A stretch of DNA of 64,000 nucleotides. Source: Octopus bimaculoides. Lineage: Eukaryota. The DNA lies in NCBI RefSeq assembly GCF_001194135.2, contig NC_068984.1:194415-258414 (forward strand). The letters run 5' to 3'. Both the position numbers and the translations under genes were made by a program. Positions 1 through 12,364 of this stretch are shown piece by piece; the first letter of the stretch is position 1, and the number at the start of each line of letters is the position of its first letter. Below the pieces are notes generated by a model. That model saw nothing but the letters and a program-made list of their open reading frames with translations, ran no database searches and was not told the origin of the DNA.

Positions 1-986
1 ATTTTTGAACTTTCAGAATTTATACCTACCTATGAATAATTACTATAAGCTTTCACTTTCCTATTTTGCTGCTTCATTTATATATATATCTATACTGACT
101 TCTGTACACCCATTTTGTAAATGCTTTGATGCCATTAACACCTGCCTGTCCATCTCTCATTCTAATGCACTGCTGTTAACTCAGCTGGTACATTGTGTAA
201 AGCTTACTTTTGTTTGCCTGGATTCCACTCCTCTCTTTGTTTGGTGTTGGATTTTAGGTATATGGTCTGATCTGAGTGCTATTATATGTCTTTGATGTAT
301 TCTTATCTGACATTCAGTGATGGTTGTAAACAAGTAACGCCATCATACAAGAGATGTTATCCATTTCCTGCCTCCCGGGGAAAAACGTTTAGCTACAGGG
401 GATATTACCTTTCTTGGAAACAAATAAGGATGGAGACAGAAAGAGCTTCTGGTTGTAGAAAATCTGCCTCAATGAAATCCGTCTGAACCATGTAAACATG
501 GATTAGTGACGTTAAACGATGGTGGTGGTGATGATGATGATGGAATAGATATATGTTATTTACACTATTAAATTACGAAATATCCTATGAAGTAGCTATC
601 TTGCAGTACAGTGCATTAGACACTAAAATGTTATAAACACCCAGGAAATCATTCACATATATGTAACCAGTTTAACAACTTTTCTAGAGAAATTAAATTG
701 TGTTCCCTTGAACTGAAAATGCTTTCATTAAGAACAATTCTGGGCCATTTGTAGCTACTTTCCTACTTGAGCAACACCGGATATTCGGCTTGTATATATA
801 TATATGTATATATATTTCTATTATTTTTTATATGCAGAAGTTACTAAGTAGCTCAAGGGTCAAGAGTTCGCACACAGCATGTGTCATACACGCAACTCTC
901 GACCCCTATGAATTTAAAATAGTAATAAAAAAAATATGTACATATTCATGTTTTGAGTTCTATTTTCTCTTTTTATCTCATAAAAC

Positions 987-1031
<45 letters not shown>

Positions 1032-1129
1032 ATGACTGCTATGTCGGTGAGAGGGAACCTTTTAAATATTACTGGCAAAGTTTAGGCGTAAGCCGAGCCG
1101 ATGAGATTTTAGCGAACCTATTTCGAACA

Positions 1130-1344
1130 ACTAATTCTCAACCGTTACAGGACTAGTAAAGTCACACTATATCGCCCGATTAAAAAACAAAAGACGAACA
1201 GACTGTTATAATAATGTTTATATTTAGCATCATTAAATGTTTCTGGGTTATTAAATCTCCACCCATTTAGTGCGGAATAGTGATTTCCGTTACGTCAGCA
1301 CCTCTTTCAACCAATCAGAACCGTTAGATTTAAACAGTGAGGAT
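1130..1344 (+). promoter_or_regulatory. Putative ECT2 promoter/5'UTR
   Basis: Locally CpG-rich. CCGTTA (TAACGG, Myb consensus YAACKG) at 1142, 1287 and 1321; CRE-like TTACGTCA at 1290-1297; CCAAT at 1311; CHR-like TTTAAA at 1329; ATG at 1345. Confidence 0.6.
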
Positions 1345-1366
1345 ATGGCGGAGAATATGAATTCTG
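1345..1366 (+). CDS. ECT2: ECT2 coding exon 1 (MAENMNS-G, ends phase 1)
   Basis: ATGGCGGAGAAT start followed by donor G|GTAAGA at 1367. MAEN matches the human ECT2 N-terminus as recalled, and the phase fits exon 2. Confidence 0.8.
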
Positions 1367-3263
1367 GTAAGAATCACCTTCAATTATTTTCTTTACTAAA
1401 ACGACGACAAACCATTGAAGAATTTAAAAGCAGTAAATATATATATATACATATTGATATATTTGATAATCTTATAATGACGTCTTGATAATCTTATACA
1501 ACCATTATTGTTTCAAGCAAATCGACGTGCAACTGTCATTCATTAATCTCAATCAATGACAAAACTCTTTATTCATTGTTTATCAAATTATTTTTTGATT
1601 CGTTCATCTTTTTCATTAATTCTAGAATATTAAATAGGATTCCAGTTTCTAATTCCTTCTAAATATTTATTATCCACACTATTTTCGAACTTACAAATTA
1701 AAAAAGAAACCGACACAATTCAAGCGAAGTCTCTGCCGTCTGCAAAGTTTTTTTGTAATTTTGACAAAAATTTTGTTTTTTTTTCTAATTTATTTTCTCT
1801 ACTTGTTGATAACGGAAAATGTTTGTGATGTTTATATAACAACATTCTGTCTCCTATTCTTCTAATAATAATAATGTTCCTCTTCAATTTTTTCAAGAAA
1901 CAAAAACTTATGTGTTCTGTTTTTGCATAACTAGTCCACCTCTTTCGTATGTATGCATGTTGTGTATATATATATGTCTGTTTTCATGGTTCACACACAG
2001 AAATTAGAGTTTGCTCGTTGGATCTAATCTATTCAGCTTCGGTAAGAATACTCACGCCACTCGGTTGTGGCATTTAAAAGGGTTACGCCGAAAAAAGGGT
2101 GGGGTGCACATTCTTTACCTTCGCCGGATTGGGATGAAACCCCATAGACACTAGTGAGGCGTTGACTTTTCCAATTCCCCTCAAATCTTAAAAATATATA
2201 GATTTCTTTAGCGGTAAGAGACCGTACTCCAGCCTGGTTACTAATGTTGGCTTTTGCCAAACGGTAGCAAGAGAGCTTCACGCAAAGCACTGTCTTATAT
2301 TAATTGAGACGACAACGAAATTCACCCTGAAACAATTGTTCATTAAAATAGGTGGATCTCTGTCGTGCCTACACTCAATAGAAGTGTTCCAAATTTTAGC
2401 TTTATAAGTAGAGCAAATCTATTTTAGAAATTTGTAACAAACTGGTTTTAGATATTTGAGAAAAATAATGTAAAAATGTACACTAAAGCCAAATAATATT
2501 TCCCTCTCTTAATTTATTAATATATCACGACTTCATAATTTTTGCTCTGAGATACTTCCATCACATAGCATAAAATGATTTCACGTCTTTTTCATAAATT
2601 TAAATACACAATTCCTTAAAGTCCACGACCTCTGTTGCAAACTAATTTTCTTCGTCATAGCTGCGATAGTTTTAATCAATTGATTTGACAAAAGAAACGT
2701 GTCAAATATTGGTCTGTAACAGTGAGTCTATCTACATTGATAAAGAGACCTAACTGTCCCATTTTAACAAAAACGCACCTGTATGTCTACCTGTAACAAA
2801 ATACCTCCCCTTTCCATCATCTTATCTCACAATACTAGTGTCTGTTTAGTGTTTTTTTTTCACAAACATTCCTGGAATTTTTTCTTCATTCTTCAGTAAA
2901 TTGGCATTTTTTTTTAGCTAAGGGTTATCAGTGACTAAGCAGAGCTATCAAAGCGTTCCAGTTGTGCCCATCCCTTATTCTTTTCAGACGTAATGTCTTT
3001 AGTCTTACATTATATGTACAATGCGTTCTCGATTTAGTTTTTTCTTTTAAGATAAAAGATGCGATTTAAGGGAGATTTGGCTGCTATTTCTAGTTGATCG
3101 TTCGACTAATTAATGTTTATAATTGTCGTATATTATCTTACTGAAGTTTATTTAATAGAACTTTTAAACTGAGTATGGAAAGGTGAAGAATGTGTCTTAC
3201 TTGTCACTTTTTAAACAATCCTACTTAGATCTTAAAAAATAATTGTTTTGTTAATTTTTAATC

Positions 3264-3266
<3 letters not shown>

Positions 3267-3339
<73 letters not shown>
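3267..3339. repeat. (TG)n microsatellite
   Basis: Direct sequence. Confidence 0.98.
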
Positions 3340-3341
<2 letters not shown>

Positions 3342-3670
3342 GTAGTGATGTATCTCCTTCAATGCAAGACATCTATTTCTGTCCCTCTACTCTTACTCTA
3401 ACCTCTCATCACCTGGCATAAAACTACCTACCACAATACTACTCTCCCTTTATTTGAGGGGGTCTTGTAAGCTACTTGGTAACCATAGTGGTGTTGGTGC
3501 CATGTAAAAAGCACCCAACACATTCTGTAAAGTGGTTAGTGTTAGGAAGGGCATCTAACCGTGGAAATCATGTCAAAGCAGTCAGTTGAGCTTGGCACAG
3601 TCTTCTAACTTTCCAGCTCCTGTCAAACTATCTGACCCATGCTAGCATGGAAAACAGACGTTAAATGAAC
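3340..3670 (+). mobile_element. Degenerate RTE-tailed short interspersed element
   Basis: Carries the family core gtggtt..ttaggaagggcatc and the tail ccatgctagcatggaaa..gacgttaaa shared with many copies in the window. Confidence 0.7.
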
Positions 3671-4539
3671 AAACTCAGAGGAAGCTTGCATGACTGAACT
3701 CTAGGGGTGCAGCCCAAGGATTATTTCCCTAAACATTGCTTGCTACACATTTTTCAATCTAAAGTATCTCTATGCACACGCTCAGCTGCTATTAGTGGTA
3801 CAAACATTTTTTTCTTCTAATTACTATGTTTATTAAACAGCCATATAAGAAAAAGAGAGTCTGTGGTTTACAAAAATGACAAATGACAATTTCTAGGCAC
3901 AAAAAAATTGTTTATAAGCAAACTATAAAGATATGATAAGACTACTAGAAATGAACTATGTATCCTCGTTATAAAATGATATTAGAAACAAAATATCTCT
4001 ATTTAATAATAGTCGATATGAATGTTGGTTGGTTGATTTCACTAGTCATGCTTTATGTGGTGTAGAGAATGGGTGCAAGAGAGTAAAAGAAAGGTGCAGG
4101 ATGAATGCACATACTTGGCTTGGTGGCAGGCAATGCATAAAAGAACATTACATATATATATATATATATACAGTGAGAGAGAGAAAGAATTGTAGAGACA
4201 GTAATGGGAAGAGTTACGCAAACGATAAATTTGCTTCATTTGATTTTAAGATAATATTTTCCATTTTGAAAATCAATATTCATTTTGTCATTTTGTATAA
4301 GCATCAGGAAATGGGATAATACTCAAATTATAATTGTTGCATGTATACCATATTTCCTGATACTATCCATAGAGGTAGAAGTATACTTCCAAAGTAGCTG
4401 GTCACATGTCAGGTAACACTCTAGTATATGTATATGCATGCACATATATATTATTTACTCTAAAAGGATTCCTTGTCCAAATCTGGAATGGTTATCTCTT
4501 ACCAAATTTGCTGAACCAGTCTTTTGTATCACTACAGAC

Positions 4540-4700
4540 ACATGCATGGTTGTGTGGGTTGGAAAGCTTGCTTCCCAACTATGTGGTATTGAGTTCAGTC
4601 CCAATGTGCAGCACCTTGAGCAAATTGTCTTCTACTGTAGCTGAAGCCAGGCTGACCAAATCCTTGTGAGTGGATTTGATAGTTGGAAACTGGAAAAAAC
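4540..4700 (+). mobile_element. tRNA-derived SINE (degenerate)
   Basis: Head with B-box-like gagttcagtccc, then caccttgagcaa..tcttctact..tccttgtgagtggattt. Related copies at about 17835-17970(-), 21190-21310(+), 30940-31090(-), 31110-31230(+), 40700-40845(-), 45550-45650(-), 48240-48385(-), 59750-59880(-) and 61040-61190(-). Confidence 0.65.
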
Positions 4701-5193
4701 TTATATAAAGCTCCTGCAGTTATTTCGAACACTGTCCTGTGTCCATGACTGATCTATCTCACTGTGCATGTGTATATCACTTAACATCCCTGTCCTGTGC
4801 AGACTTTGGTTAGATGGTTTGACAGAATCTGGTGTGTCCTAGGATTGCATCACACTCCAATGTCTGCTTTGGAATGGTTTTCACTTCTGAATGTCCTTCC
4901 TAATGCCAACCACTTTAAAGCATGAACTGGTTGCTTTTTTTCGTGCCATCTGCATTATTGTGGTTGCTATACAGTTTTGCAGGACAATAAGCCCTGGGGG
5001 AGGTGTGTGTAGGGTAACTTTATTATGATAGAGGTAGGGCAGAGCAGGTTCCTTCAAAGGGGTTTGCATGGCTATTCACATTTAGTAGGGGAAAAGGAGG
5101 GTGAGAAAGAAAGAGACAATGACCATTAGGGGCTGCAATAAATAGATAATGAATATATGTATATATAGATATCTATATACACATATAAATCTT

Positions 5194-6481
5194 AGTCTTA
5201 GTAAGTAGGAAGGCAAACAAATCACAAATCCCTTCAGGTAGATGGCCCTGCTCAGTTTGCAGAAAAGATGTAGGTAGAAACTCCATAAGAAGTACCTGGT
5301 GAAAGCTATGGACACATAAGAGGTGCAGCAATATCAAAGGAAAGTTAACTGGGAAGATAGTCTTTGTGTGTGGCAGATGCACAGGGACAATAAACACCTT
5401 CCATCACATGCCAGGGGGAAAAACTAGGAGTAGTTGATAGCTTCTGTTTCCTAGGTAACCAAGTCAGTTGTAGGGGTGGATGCGCTGAGAGCGTAGCTGC
5501 TTGAATAAGAATAGCTTGGGCAAAGGTCAGAGAGCTCCTACCTCTACTGGTAACAAAGGGCCTCTTGCTCAGAGTGTAAGGTAGACTGGACTGTATGATG
5601 CCTGCGTATGAACAGTCATGTTACATGGCAGTGAAACATGGGGTGTGACTGCTGAGGACATGCGTAGGCTTGCAAGAAATGAAACTAGTATGTTCTGCTG
5701 GATGTGTAATGTCAGTGTGCATGCATGACAGAGTGTAAGTGCCCTGAGAGAAAAGTTGGACATAAGAAGCATCAGATGTGGTGTGCAAGAGAAACGACTG
5801 CGCTGGTATGGTCATGTGTTGCGTATGGATGAGGAGAGCTGTGTGAAGAAGTGTCACACTCTAACAGTGGAGGGAACCTGTGGAAGAGGTAGACCCAGAA
5901 AGACCTAGGATAAGGTGGTGAAGCATGACCATCAAACATTGGGCCTCACTGAGGCAATGACAAGTGACCGAGACCTTTGGAGATATGCTATGCTTGAGAA
6001 GACCCGGCTAGCCAAGTGAGATCGTATCTGCGGCCAATGCCAGTGTCGTATAACTGGCTTGTTTAAAAGTACCCTTCAATCGTCTGGCAATATATTGTGC
6101 TTGAGAAAACCTGTTGAGTCAAGTAAAATCATTGTTGTGGCTGATACCAGTGCCACCCTACTGGCACCTGTGCTGGTGGCACATAAAAAGCACCATTTGA
6201 GTGTGGTCAATGCTAGTGCTGCCTGATTGGATCCTGTGTAGTGGCACATAAAAAGCACCATCTGAGAGTGGTCAATGCCAGTACCGTCTGACTGGCCCCC
6301 ATGCTGGTGGCACATAAAAGGCACCCACTACACTCCCGGAGTGGTTGGTGTTAGGAAGGGCATCCAGCTGTAGAAACCTTGCCAGAAAAGATTTGAGCCT
6401 GGCACAGCCACCTGGATTGCCAGTCCTCAGTCAAACCATCCAAGCCAGCATGGAAAGCGGATGTTAAAAGATGATGATGAT
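5194..6481 (+). mobile_element. RTE-clade LINE 3' fragment (decayed ORF2 C-terminus plus 3'UTR and (GAT)n tail)
   Basis: Disrupted translation contains VVDSFCFLGNQV, MLHGSETW, LRWYGHVLRMDE and GRGRPRKT, typical of RTE ORF2; ends in gatgatgat. Confidence 0.9.
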
Positions 6482-7230
6482 ATCAGACCTAATTCAGTCA
6501 AACCCTGACTTCTGACAGTGACTGGTATGAATTTGAGGTCAACTGCACAAGCCTGCAAATGGATCGGGTTTCAGTTCCAAAATAACCCAGACCCTCCCCC
6601 TCCTCCAGACAATATTACCATCCAGTGAAGCAAATATGGAATTACTCATTGGAAGAATTCACAGAGTGATTAACAACTAATAGTAGTCACAGATGTTAAA
6701 TACTGATCGATGTGGTTAGCCAGAAACTGGAATCTAACTGAGAGCCACCACAGCATCTGCCCAGATAATATATCCCTCCAAACTCACATTTATATGACAT
6801 GGAGAAAGACTTTGACAGGGTCCTCCATGTTATATCCAAACACAGCTTAATGACAGTCACTTGATTAAATTCTTCATTATTTTCAAAATGAATTAAAGGA
6901 AGTGTATTCCAATAGGAATATGGGTAAGAAAAGGATTAAGATAACAGTCTGTTGTTCTGCTGGTAGAAGGTTCCATGAAACGGTATGGTGATGCAGTAGG
7001 GAATTCTCTTGTGGTTTCTTCTGAATATGTTCCAATGTTGGAAGAGGAAGCAATCTTATCTTTATTGTGAGTTTGGCAAATATTAATGTGTGAAGCTGTC
7101 TTACATAAAAAGTGACCCAGACATATGTAAGAAGGGAGTATTTATTTAAAGTTTACAGAAAGACTAGTATAATGAAGGTTTTTATTCCATATAATATAGA
7201 AATAAGTAGTTCTTACATCTAGGTATTTAA

Positions 7231-7446
7231 CCCCTTAGTATTCAGGTTATTTTGTTAAATTTGATGCTTATTTATTTGCATTGCTTTGAATTAATCATGT
7301 ATTCTCATAGCTTAAAGATTTCAATGGCGTGACTTTATTTTAGAAGGACATTGTAGGGCAGGTATGAGTGGCCAGATCTAGTCAGTTTGATTGTAAAGTA
7401 TATAGAATATATTGGGCCTGATATGGTTGGTTTAAATGCTAAAGGG
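7231..7446. mobile_element. piggyBac-type MITE
   Basis: TTAA|CCCCTTAGTATTCA ... TAAATGCTAAAGGG|TTAC: imperfect TIRs with a TTAA target site, the right copy mutated. Confidence 0.7.
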
Positions 7447-8304
7447 TTACATGTCAGATCTCCTTCAAAAACTATAGTGAAAGTTCTGATTGCTGGAAGA
7501 AATGGATATTTAATCACAGTTGGTGATAAGTAGAGAATATTGGTTTGAAATGAGGAGAAAAAAAAATAGAGTCATGGCCTTAGTTTAAGAGTGAATGATG
7601 TAGATGGAGAAATGAGAGAAAAAAAACCCCTACCAAAAAACAATAAATTCTTCAATGGAACAACTAGACTGGAGATTGCAACTAATTTCATGTTATATAC
7701 TTGCCAAGTATTCCTTTATAGTGTAAAGGTTGGTATTGCATTAGTAGTTAAATTTCTCACCTGGGAAATATATGAAATAGATCATGCATATATATATATA
7801 TATATATACTTGCTTGATTAATAGGTAATGTGAATTAACTAAGATCAAAGCAGTTTCATTTTCCTTTGAATCTAAACACTTTTGATTTATTATACATAAG
7901 GTATATTTCTTAGTTTTTTTTTTTAAAGAATGGTTGGCAGCTTGGTTGATGGTTGTATTTAACTGACATCAAGGAATGATACTCCAACTTACTTTAAATT
8001 TGGATGTCAGTGTTATGTAAACCAAGAAAATGTAGCTTTTATATGTTATGTAATGTTAGTGTTTTATCATGGTGAGAACTCTAAAATCAGTAATACTTAA
8101 TCTTTCCTAAATTACTTCTGGTTATTTTCTGTTAAGTCAACACAAGTGCTGAAAGTATTTGTTGCGTAATATAATCAGTGTTAGAATTTTAAAACTTTCC
8201 TTATATGAAAGAGGTAACCTATACTGAACCTTTACTGAATTTTTCCATCTCTCTGACACAATATTATTTAAGAATTTTTCATGCTCAATATTTTTACCAT
8301 TTAG

Positions 8305-8385
8305 GTATCTCTTTTGATACGTCGGCCACACCAAATAGGCAATTAAATGCCAAGACTCTGTCCACCAGATCTATACTGAAACCTG
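8305..8385 (+). CDS. ECT2: ECT2 coding exon 2 (phase 1-1, 81 nt)
   Basis: Acceptor tttttaccatttag and donor G|GTATGT. Open frame GISFDTSATPNRQLNAKTLSTRSILKP bridges exon 1 to exon 3; sequence conservation is low. Confidence 0.75.
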
Positions 8386-8529
8386 GTATGTATGAATTCT
8401 AGTTGTCTTGCACGTCTTTTATAGTTCCAACCAATAACTGTCTGTGTCATCCTGTTTGTCCTGTGTTTCAATATTTTCATTTGGAATGGTTTCTGCAGAT
8501 CAGTATCACATACACGATTATTGACAACT

Positions 8530-8652
8530 AATATGTGTGTGTGTGTGTATACTTATACACACACACATACATAATATATATACATACATAATATAAATAT
8601 ATATATATATACATTATATATATATATATACATTATATATATATATATACAT

Positions 8653-8686
<34 letters not shown>

Positions 8687-8739
8687 ATATATACATTATA
8701 TATATATATATACATTATATATATATATATACATTATAT
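8530..8739. repeat. TA-rich micro/minisatellite (ACATTATATATA..)n next to an assembly gap (8740-9305)
   Basis: Direct sequence. Confidence 0.9.
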
Positions 8740-9453
8740 NNNNNNNNNNNNNNNNNNNNNNNNNNNNNNNNNNNNNNNNNNNNNNNNNNNNNNNNNNNNN
8801 NNNNNNNNNNNNNNNNNNNNNNNNNNNNNNNNNNNNNNNNNNNNNNNNNNNNNNNNNNNNNNNNNNNNNNNNNNNNNNNNNNNNNNNNNNNNNNNNNNNN
8901 NNNNNNNNNNNNNNNNNNNNNNNNNNNNNNNNNNNNNNNNNNNNNNNNNNNNNNNNNNNNNNNNNNNNNNNNNNNNNNNNNNNNNNNNNNNNNNNNNNNN
9001 NNNNNNNNNNNNNNNNNNNNNNNNNNNNNNNNNNNNNNNNNNNNNNNNNNNNNNNNNNNNNNNNNNNNNNNNNNNNNNNNNNNNNNNNNNNNNNNNNNNN
9101 NNNNNNNNNNNNNNNNNNNNNNNNNNNNNNNNNNNNNNNNNNNNNNNNNNNNNNNNNNNNNNNNNNNNNNNNNNNNNNNNNNNNNNNNNNNNNNNNNNNN
9201 NNNNNNNNNNNNNNNNNNNNNNNNNNNNNNNNNNNNNNNNNNNNNNNNNNNNNNNNNNNNNNNNNNNNNNNNNNNNNNNNNNNNNNNNNNNNNNNNNNNN
9301 NNNNACCCGCACGAAAACGGCCACGCTCGAAATGGTGTCTTTTATGTGCCACCCGCACAAGCCAGTCCAGGGGCACTGGCAATGATCTCGCTCGAAAATC
9401 CTACAGGAGCCAGTCAGGCGGTACTGGCAACGGATATATATATATATACATTA

Positions 9454-9491
<38 letters not shown>

Positions 9492-9493
9492 AT

Positions 9494-9647
9494 GTCATCA
9501 TCATCATCATCATCATCGTTTAACGTCCGCTTTCCATGCTAGCATGGGTTGGACGATTTGACTGAGGACTGGTGAAACCGGATGGCAACACCAGGCTCCA
9601 GTCTGATTTGGCAGAGTTTCTACAGCTGGATGCCCTTCCTAACGCCA
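9494..9647 (-). mobile_element. RTE-tailed short element, young copy
   Basis: (CAT)n tail plus family core; about 110 nt is essentially identical to 57300-57410. Confidence 0.85.
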
Positions 9648-9899
9648 ATATCTGTCTATATATATATTAAAAAGGAGAAACAAGCAATAATAAATCTCTG
9701 AGCGAGACGTAAACAATAGCAGCACGGAATCATGAAGTATATTTGCCACTTAAATGTGGCAGACCGACAGGGGACGCTGCTACTGTTGTTTATAGCCCCA
9801 GGAAGACATCTCCACCAGCTGCCTAATGACACACTGTTCAGAGATTTGAGCAAAGTCAACTCCAACATCGCAATCAACTTTGTGTAAGCATGAAAGCTT

Positions 9900-10110
9900 A
9901 GTGGCAAGACACTGCTTCTCTAAATGAGAACCTTACCTGTCATTGTGGTTTTGGGGCTTGGAGCAAAGTAGGCCTTGGCATCCACTCAAGAAAACAATAA
10001 ATGTTCCACAAGCACTTCAGAAAACTGAGTCCTCGACTTGTTCCATTTGCCAATAGGTTTGCAAGGCACCAGCAGGCCTCAAGAGACACATTTCTGTCCA
10101 TAGAACATGA
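9900..10110 (+). mobile_element. Probable RTE-like ORF2 C-terminal zinc-knuckle relic (second family)
   Basis: Disrupted translation gives TCHCGFGAWSKVGLGIH and TCSICQ*VCKAPAGLKRHISVH. Confidence 0.4.
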
Positions 10111-10424
10111 TTAACACTTTATTTTACTGAACCCTCATTTGTCACTCATGACAAGAGAATCCATCATATATACTGTTGTATTTTGGGACGGTCATTTTAT
10201 TTATTTTTTTTTTTTTCGCCAAATAAACGCACGTACTATATATTTTATTTTCTTCCTTCGTTTATTACTGTGCTTATTTTATTATTTTAACACCTGTCCA
10301 TTGTCCAGAAATCTTTTGTCACACATCTGTGACCTCTTCGGTGACACTTTTCGTTTCCTGGTGTGTTCTTGCTCCACTTACTCTGTTCTCTGTATCTCTT
10401 TCAACACATGATTTCACATTAGGA

Positions 10425-10925
10425 ATCTTGCAAAATGAATTGATATTGAACCAAATTCGATGACTGGCACCCGTGCCGAGTGGAGCGCTAGCAGCACTGT
10501 CCGAGCATGATCATTGCCAGAGCAGCTGTCTGGCTTCTGTGCCGGTGGCATGTAAATAGCACCATTTGAGTGTGATTGTTGCCAGCGTTGCTTTACTGGC
10601 ACTTGTACTGGTGGCATGTGAAAAAACATTTGAGCAAGGTCATTGCCAGTGCCGCTGGACTGGCTCCTGTGCAGGTGGCACGTAAAAAACACCATTTGAG
10701 CGTGGCTGTTGCCAATACCGCCTGACTGGCCCTCGTGCCAGTGGCACGTAAAAGCACCCACTACACACTTGGAATGGTTGGCGTAAGGAAGGGCATCCAG
10801 CTGTAGAAACTTTGCCAGATCAGATTGGAGCCTGGTGCAGCCATCTGGTTCGCCAGTCCTCAGTCAAATCGTCCAACCCATGCCAGCATGGAAAGCGGAC
10901 GTTAAACGGTGATGATGATGATGAT
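10425..10925 (+). mobile_element. RTE-tailed short element with tandem ~63-65 nt units
   Basis: Several aaagcaccatttgag..gccagt..actggc..gtgcc..ggcac units, then the family core and (GAT)n tail. Confidence 0.85.
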
Positions 10926-11145
10926 ATATATATTCTTTTACTTGTTTCAGTCATTTGACTGTGGCCATGCTGGATCAATGCCTTTAGTCGAACTAATTGA
11001 CCCTAGGACTTATTCTTTCTAAGCCTAGTACTTATTCTATCACTCTCTTTTGCTGAACTGCTAAGTTACGGCTATGTAAACACACCAACATCAGTTACCA
11101 AGCGATGATGGAGGACAAACACAGGCACACTGACATACACATATA
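10926..11145 (-). mobile_element. SINE-like repeat (second family)
   Basis: cttttacttgtttcagtcatt.gactg.ggccatgctgg...gtacttattcta...gtaaacacacc. Further copies at about 17590-17830, 40465-40690, 47150-47390 and 51320-51550. Confidence 0.75.
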
Positions 11146-11147
11146 TA

Positions 11148-12328
11148 CCGTAAAAACCTATGTAGTTTACGCACCTTGTTTTGCAAGAATTAAAAAAAAA
11201 AATTTTTTGTTGCAAAAAGAGGTACAAAAACGTAAACTTTCGTACCGGAAGTTGACTCATTTAACGTCAGAAAAGGTTTTCACAAAAATAATAATAGTTT
11301 AAATATGAAGCTGACTTTTATTTATGCTGGACGGTATAATGCTTACTTTTACTGTATAAATTTACTAAAACCATTAAATGGTTAACTAGTTTTTGAAGTC
11401 TGATGTTTATGCTGGTAAACATGGTCTGGGCCATATTTTACTTTGCTTGGAGTTTCTCCCTATCGCAATGGAACACCATTGACATGCGTAATGATATGGC
11501 TACTCCTGACTGCAAAAAATGTAATGATATGGATAATCTTTAATTTTTGTCTGTTTGTTACGAGGCACAGTTTTAAGTTTGTTATACTGTTTACACCAAT
11601 TTCAGACATAGGCTCTATTGCCACGTTCAAATGCATACTCAACATATTTAATTTCTCCTTCGCAGTAAATGATGTATAAGTTCTGCTCATGCTGACAATA
11701 ATGGTAATGTCAAATTTTTAAGTTTGCTTCACATTTTAGAAGTGTGAAAAGGATTCAAATTTCGATACTCTGTATCAAAGTTTCTGATAAGAATAGGCGG
11801 AAAAGAATTCTGTTTACATAATCAGTTTGATCGGTCACCTTCATCTGTTGGTTGAATAAAGTGCCAAGCTGATGTTTATTGCTAATTAAATTTAATTCGC
11901 AACACCTGTGTATATTTATCAACTTTGTCTTTGTTGGTAATTCTTATCAGCAACTTTTCCTGTGCTCATGATTTGAGAAGACATACAGCCGTATGCTAAA
12001 GATCGGACATAATCTCTTGTGGGCAAGAAATGTAAAATAAAGTTTATTATAAACAACACAAACACTTTGTAATTTAATAGCTTTCAATGTGATACCTGTT
12101 AAACAGAAATTATTTTTATTTAATGAAAATTTAATAAAATCTAATCATAAGTAAGTGAAATTATGCTAAATACAACTAAATTGAAAACATTTCCCCGCTG
12201 GCTATATCGGCAATTCTGAAAATTTTTGGGTGTGAATTTTACATGAGTAGAAGCTTTTTTAACAGATTTAATCCTGAAAATCACCTGTGTAAATTACACA
12301 GGTGTGCAATTAACATAGGTTTTTACAG
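11148..12328 (-). mobile_element. pogo (Tc1/mariner superfamily) DNA transposon relic, internally deleted
   Basis: TA|CCGTAAAAACCTATGT ... ACATAGGTTTTTACAG|TA (TIRs plus TA TSD). Frameshifted N-terminus SRTYTSFTAKEKLN / VEYAFERGNRA resembles the Brinker-type HTH of POGK-like transposases. Confidence 0.8.
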
Positions 12329-12364
12329 TATATATGACTGGCTCCTTTTCAGTTTCTTAACTAA

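Noticed and set aside
60-330. Possible exons of a divergent upstream gene on the - strand (QCIRMRDGQAGVNGIKAFTKWVYR; YLKSNTKQREEWNPGKQ)
   Set aside because: The implied intron is only about 35 nt, no family is recognisable, and the frames are short.
2033-2290. 85-aa ORF on the - strand in intron 1
   Set aside because: No recognisable protein similarity; ORFs of this length arise by chance in GC-richer stretches.
7335-7517. ORF resembling a LINE endonuclease GDL motif
   Set aside because: It lies largely inside a TTAA-flanked piggyBac-type MITE (7231-7446), so the resemblance is coincidental.
7962-8011. Hairpin ACTGACATC/GATGTCAGT as a possible pre-miRNA or snoRNA
   Set aside because: The stem is only about 9-11 bp and there are no convincing C/D boxes.
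8696-9382. Long ORFs in the track here and at 12995-13534, 48836-49718 and 56089-56454
   Set aside because: They are artefacts of translating through N-runs.
10140-10408. Possible solo LTR (TG...CA)
   Set aside because: No clean TSD and no second copy in the window.
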